The notes under the pieces: generated by a model
The model's input: the letters and a program-made list of their open reading frames with translations, nothing else
What the model was told of the DNA's origin: nothing
Databases searched by the model: none
Shown here: one piece after another, positions 61,598 through 64,000 of the stretch
How positions within the stretch are numbered: the first letter of the stretch is position 1
Layout: each line of letters opens with the position of its first letter
Source of the DNA: Terriglobia bacterium
GTDB taxonomy: Bacteria > Acidobacteriota > Polarisedimenticolia > Polarisedimenticolales > JAIQFR01
Assembly: GCA_963748015.1 (NCBI GenBank)
Contig: CAVVHE010000008.1
Coordinates: 256,001 to 320,000 of the forward strand
DNA length: 64,000 bases
Reading direction: 5' to 3'
Program-made: the position numbers and the translations under genes

Positions 61598-63268
61598 ATG
61601 AAGCCATCCGCCGTGATTCGTTCCGCGCTTGCGTGCATCGCGGTCGTCCTGCTCGGCGGGCACCGCCCCGTCCCGGCCTCGGACAGCGCCGCGGTGCCGC
61701 TTCCCGGGACGAAGGGTTGGATCGAGGCGCGCTCCGCCCACTTCACCGTGTATTCCGACGCCGGCGAGAGCCGGGCCCGCAAGACCGCCATCGAGCTGGA
61801 GCGCTTCCGCCTCGCGCTCTCGAAGATCTCCAGGGGACTGTCTCTGGGCGACCGGTTCCCCAGCGTGATCTACGCCTTCCGGAACGACTCGACGTTCACG
61901 CCCTACAAGCCCCTGCGGGGCGGCAGGCCCTCGGCCGTGAGCGGTTACTTCCTCGCGACACCGTTCCGGAACTACATCGCGCTGGATGCTTCCGCGGGCT
62001 CGTCGTCCATGAAGGTGGTCTACCACGAGTATTTCCACCAGGTCCTTCGGATCAGCGTCGGCGACGTGCCGCTCTGGCTCAACGAGGGGCTCGCGCAGTA
62101 CTTCGGCACCTTCCGCACCGAGGACCTCGGCGCGGTCGTCCAGGTAGGCCACCGGATCCCCGAGTACGTCGAGTCGAGGTGGTTCGCGCTGATGCCGTGG
62201 TCCGAGGTCTTCGCCGCGACGGTCGATTCTCCGGCGTACAACGAGGAGAGGCGCCAGGGAGGTTTCTACGCCCAGTCCTGGGTCGCGGTCCACTACCTCG
62301 CCGCGACCGACGCGCGCCTCAGGGCCCTGGGACGATACCTGCAGAGGCTGCGGGAGGGAGCGGATCCCGACGAGGCGCTACAGGCCGCGTTCGGGATGGA
62401 CCGGACCGCCCTCGCAACTGCCGTGGAAGAGTACAGCCAGAGGATCGGCAACTACATCTGGCTCGACCTGGGCGACGACGGCGCGAAGATGGATGTGGCC
62501 GTGCGCAAGCTCTCGCCCGGCGAGACATCGTTCCGGCTCGGCGACCTCCTGGCCCATCAACAGAGCCGCGAGCCGGCGCGCCGCCACCTCGAGGCGGCGC
62601 GCGCCGCGGAATGGCCCGCCGCCGAGGTCGAGACCGCGCTCGGTCAGGCGGCCGCCGCCGAGCGGGACAAGGCGAGCGCCGAGTCGCACCTCCGCAAGGC
62701 GGTGGAGGCGGGCGCCGCCTCCGCCGAGCCCTACGTCCTCCTGGGAACGATCCTGTTCGAGAAGGTGACGACGGAGAAGGCCGGGGCGACGACCCCGACC
62801 GATCTCGCCGAGGCTCGCGGCTTCCTCCGAACGGCGATCGAGAAGGAGCCCGAGAGCGTCCCGGCGCTTCGGGCGCTCGCGGGCACGTACCTCTTCGAGA
62901 GCGCGACCGGGCCCGGTATCGAGGCGCTCGTCAAGGCGCGGCGGCTGAGACCCTACGACGCCGAGGTGCTCGAGCTCGGGGCCTGCCTCCTGGCGCGGGG
63001 CGGCAAGCCCGCCGCCGCCGGTGCTCTCGTCGAGCGGACGGCCGTCGCGAGAAACGCCACGCGCGCGAAACGCGTGGACGGCTGCGTCGCCGCGGGAGCC
63101 ATGAGCGCGGCCGCCGACCGGCTGAACGAGCGGGATGCGGACGGCGCCAGGCGGATCTTGGCGGAAGCGCTCGCCGCGGTCCACGATCCGGAGATCCGTT
63201 CGAGGATCGAGAACATGGACCAGCTCGCGGCCCGCGGCATACCCGTCGCGCCTGCGACCGCGAGGTGA
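61598..63268 (+). CDS. Secreted gluzincin-like (DUF1570-type) domain plus TPR protein
   Basis: VYHEYFH (HExxH), PLWLNEGLAQYF, FYAQSW, C-terminal TPRs. Confidence 0.75.
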   Translation: MKPSAVIRSALACIAVVLLGGHRPVPASDSAAVPLPGTKGWIEARSAHFTVYSDAGESRARKTAIELERFRLALSKISRGLSLGDRFPSVIYAFRNDSTFTPYKPLRGGRPSAVSGYFLATPFRNYIALDASAGSSSMKVVYHEYFHQVLRISVGDVPLWLNEGLAQYFGTFRTEDLGAVVQVGHRIPEYVESRWFALMPWSEVFAATVDSPAYNEERRQGGFYAQSWVAVHYLAATDARLRALGRYLQRLREGADPDEALQAAFGMDRTALATAVEEYSQRIGNYIWLDLGDDGAKMDVAVRKLSPGETSFRLGDLLAHQQSREPARRHLEAARAAEWPAAEVETALGQAAAAERDKASAESHLRKAVEAGAASAEPYVLLGTILFEKVTTEKAGATTPTDLAEARGFLRTAIEKEPESVPALRALAGTYLFESATGPGIEALVKARRLRPYDAEVLELGACLLARGGKPAAAGALVERTAVARNATRAKRVDGCVAAGAMSAAADRLNERDADGARRILAEALAAVHDPEIRSRIENMDQLAARGIPVAPATAR

Positions 63269-63340
63269 CGAAGACCCGCGGCAGCGCGCCCACCGACGAC
63301 GAGCCGGAATCGCGGGAGTTCATGCATAATCCGGGCTGAG

Positions 63341-64000
63341 ATGACGGACCTCGCCGGGAGGCTCGACGCGATCGAGCGGGTGCGGTTGGCGGACCTTCCC
63401 ACGCCGATCGAGGAGGCGCCGCGACTCGCGGCGCACGCCGGCCTCGCGCGGCTGCTGATCAAGCGCGACGACAAGACCGGGCTCGCCCTCGGCGGGAACA
63501 AGGCCCGCAAGCTCGAGTACGACCTCGCGGTCGCCGTGCGCGAGGGCGCCGACGTCCTGGTCACGATCGGGGGCTGGCAGTCGAACCACGCGGCGATGAC
63601 GTCGGCCGCGGGGCGGCGGCTCGGGCTCGAGACGAAGCTGGTTCTCGGCGGCCCGGACTTCGAGCGGTTCGACGGGAACCTGCTCCTCGACGTGCTCTTC
63701 GGCGCGGAGATCCGCTACCTGGTCGACGACGACGCCAACGAGTCCCTCGCCGCGGCGATGGACGACTGGGTGCGCGAGCTTCGCCGGGCCGGCCGTAAGC
63801 CCCACCCTCTCCCCATCGGCGGAAGCACGGGAGTGGGGGCTCTGGGCTACGCGCGGGCGATGATGGAGCTGGCCGGGCAGCTCGGCGACGGACCGGTGCA
63901 ACTCGTGACCGCGGTCGGCTCGTGCGGAACCCTTGCCGGGTTGGTCCTCGGCGCGCGGTGCTTCCTCCCCCGGGCGCGGGTCGTCGGGGTCAGCGTCTCC
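63341..64000 (+). CDS. D-cysteine desulfhydrase / ACC deaminase family PLP enzyme (3' end outside window; not in the ORF track)
   Basis: LPTPIE, IKRDDKTGLALGGNKARKLEY, GGWQSNHA, GNLLLD, IGGS, VGSCGTLAG. Confidence 0.9.
   Translation, partial: MTDLAGRLDAIERVRLADLPTPIEEAPRLAAHAGLARLLIKRDDKTGLALGGNKARKLEYDLAVAVREGADVLVTIGGWQSNHAAMTSAAGRRLGLETKLVLGGPDFERFDGNLLLDVLFGAEIRYLVDDDANESLAAAMDDWVRELRRAGRKPHPLPIGGSTGVGALGYARAMMELAGQLGDGPVQLVTAVGSCGTLAGLVLGARCFLPRARVVGVSVS

Overview
High-GC bacterial window; gene content and a recurring C-terminal domain on secreted proteins suggest Acidobacteriota, but that is inference only. The left half (1-29.4 kb) is mostly housekeeping: a TolC-Yip1-MacA-MacB-type export operon, an ExbB-ExbD-ExbD-TonB-TPR cluster, a complex I operon (nuoA C D E F G H J K L N, lacking B, I and M), PTS EIIA, ccmF and an ABC transporter. 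An intact tmRNA (29451-29800, tag ANDNSLAFAA) starts a ~22 kb accessory region in which the tmRNA 3' end recurs five more times (38717 exact; 40396, 48224, 49491 and 51849 degenerate), dividing it into cassette-like segments, with no integrase in the window. The first three copies are each followed by a palindromic REP-like element and a small GIY-YIG nuclease gene; this module is the best candidate for an undescribed system. Cargo includes a ~2,470-aa secreted Kelch/FG-GAP protein with an embedded Tle1-like lipase domain, MNT-HEPN and NTase toxin-antitoxin-like pairs, korAB, rubrerythrin, a radical SAM enzyme and a Cys-rich peptide. The right end holds ordinary metabolic genes. Single-base frameshifts cluster in otherwise intact genes and are probably long-read assembly errors.
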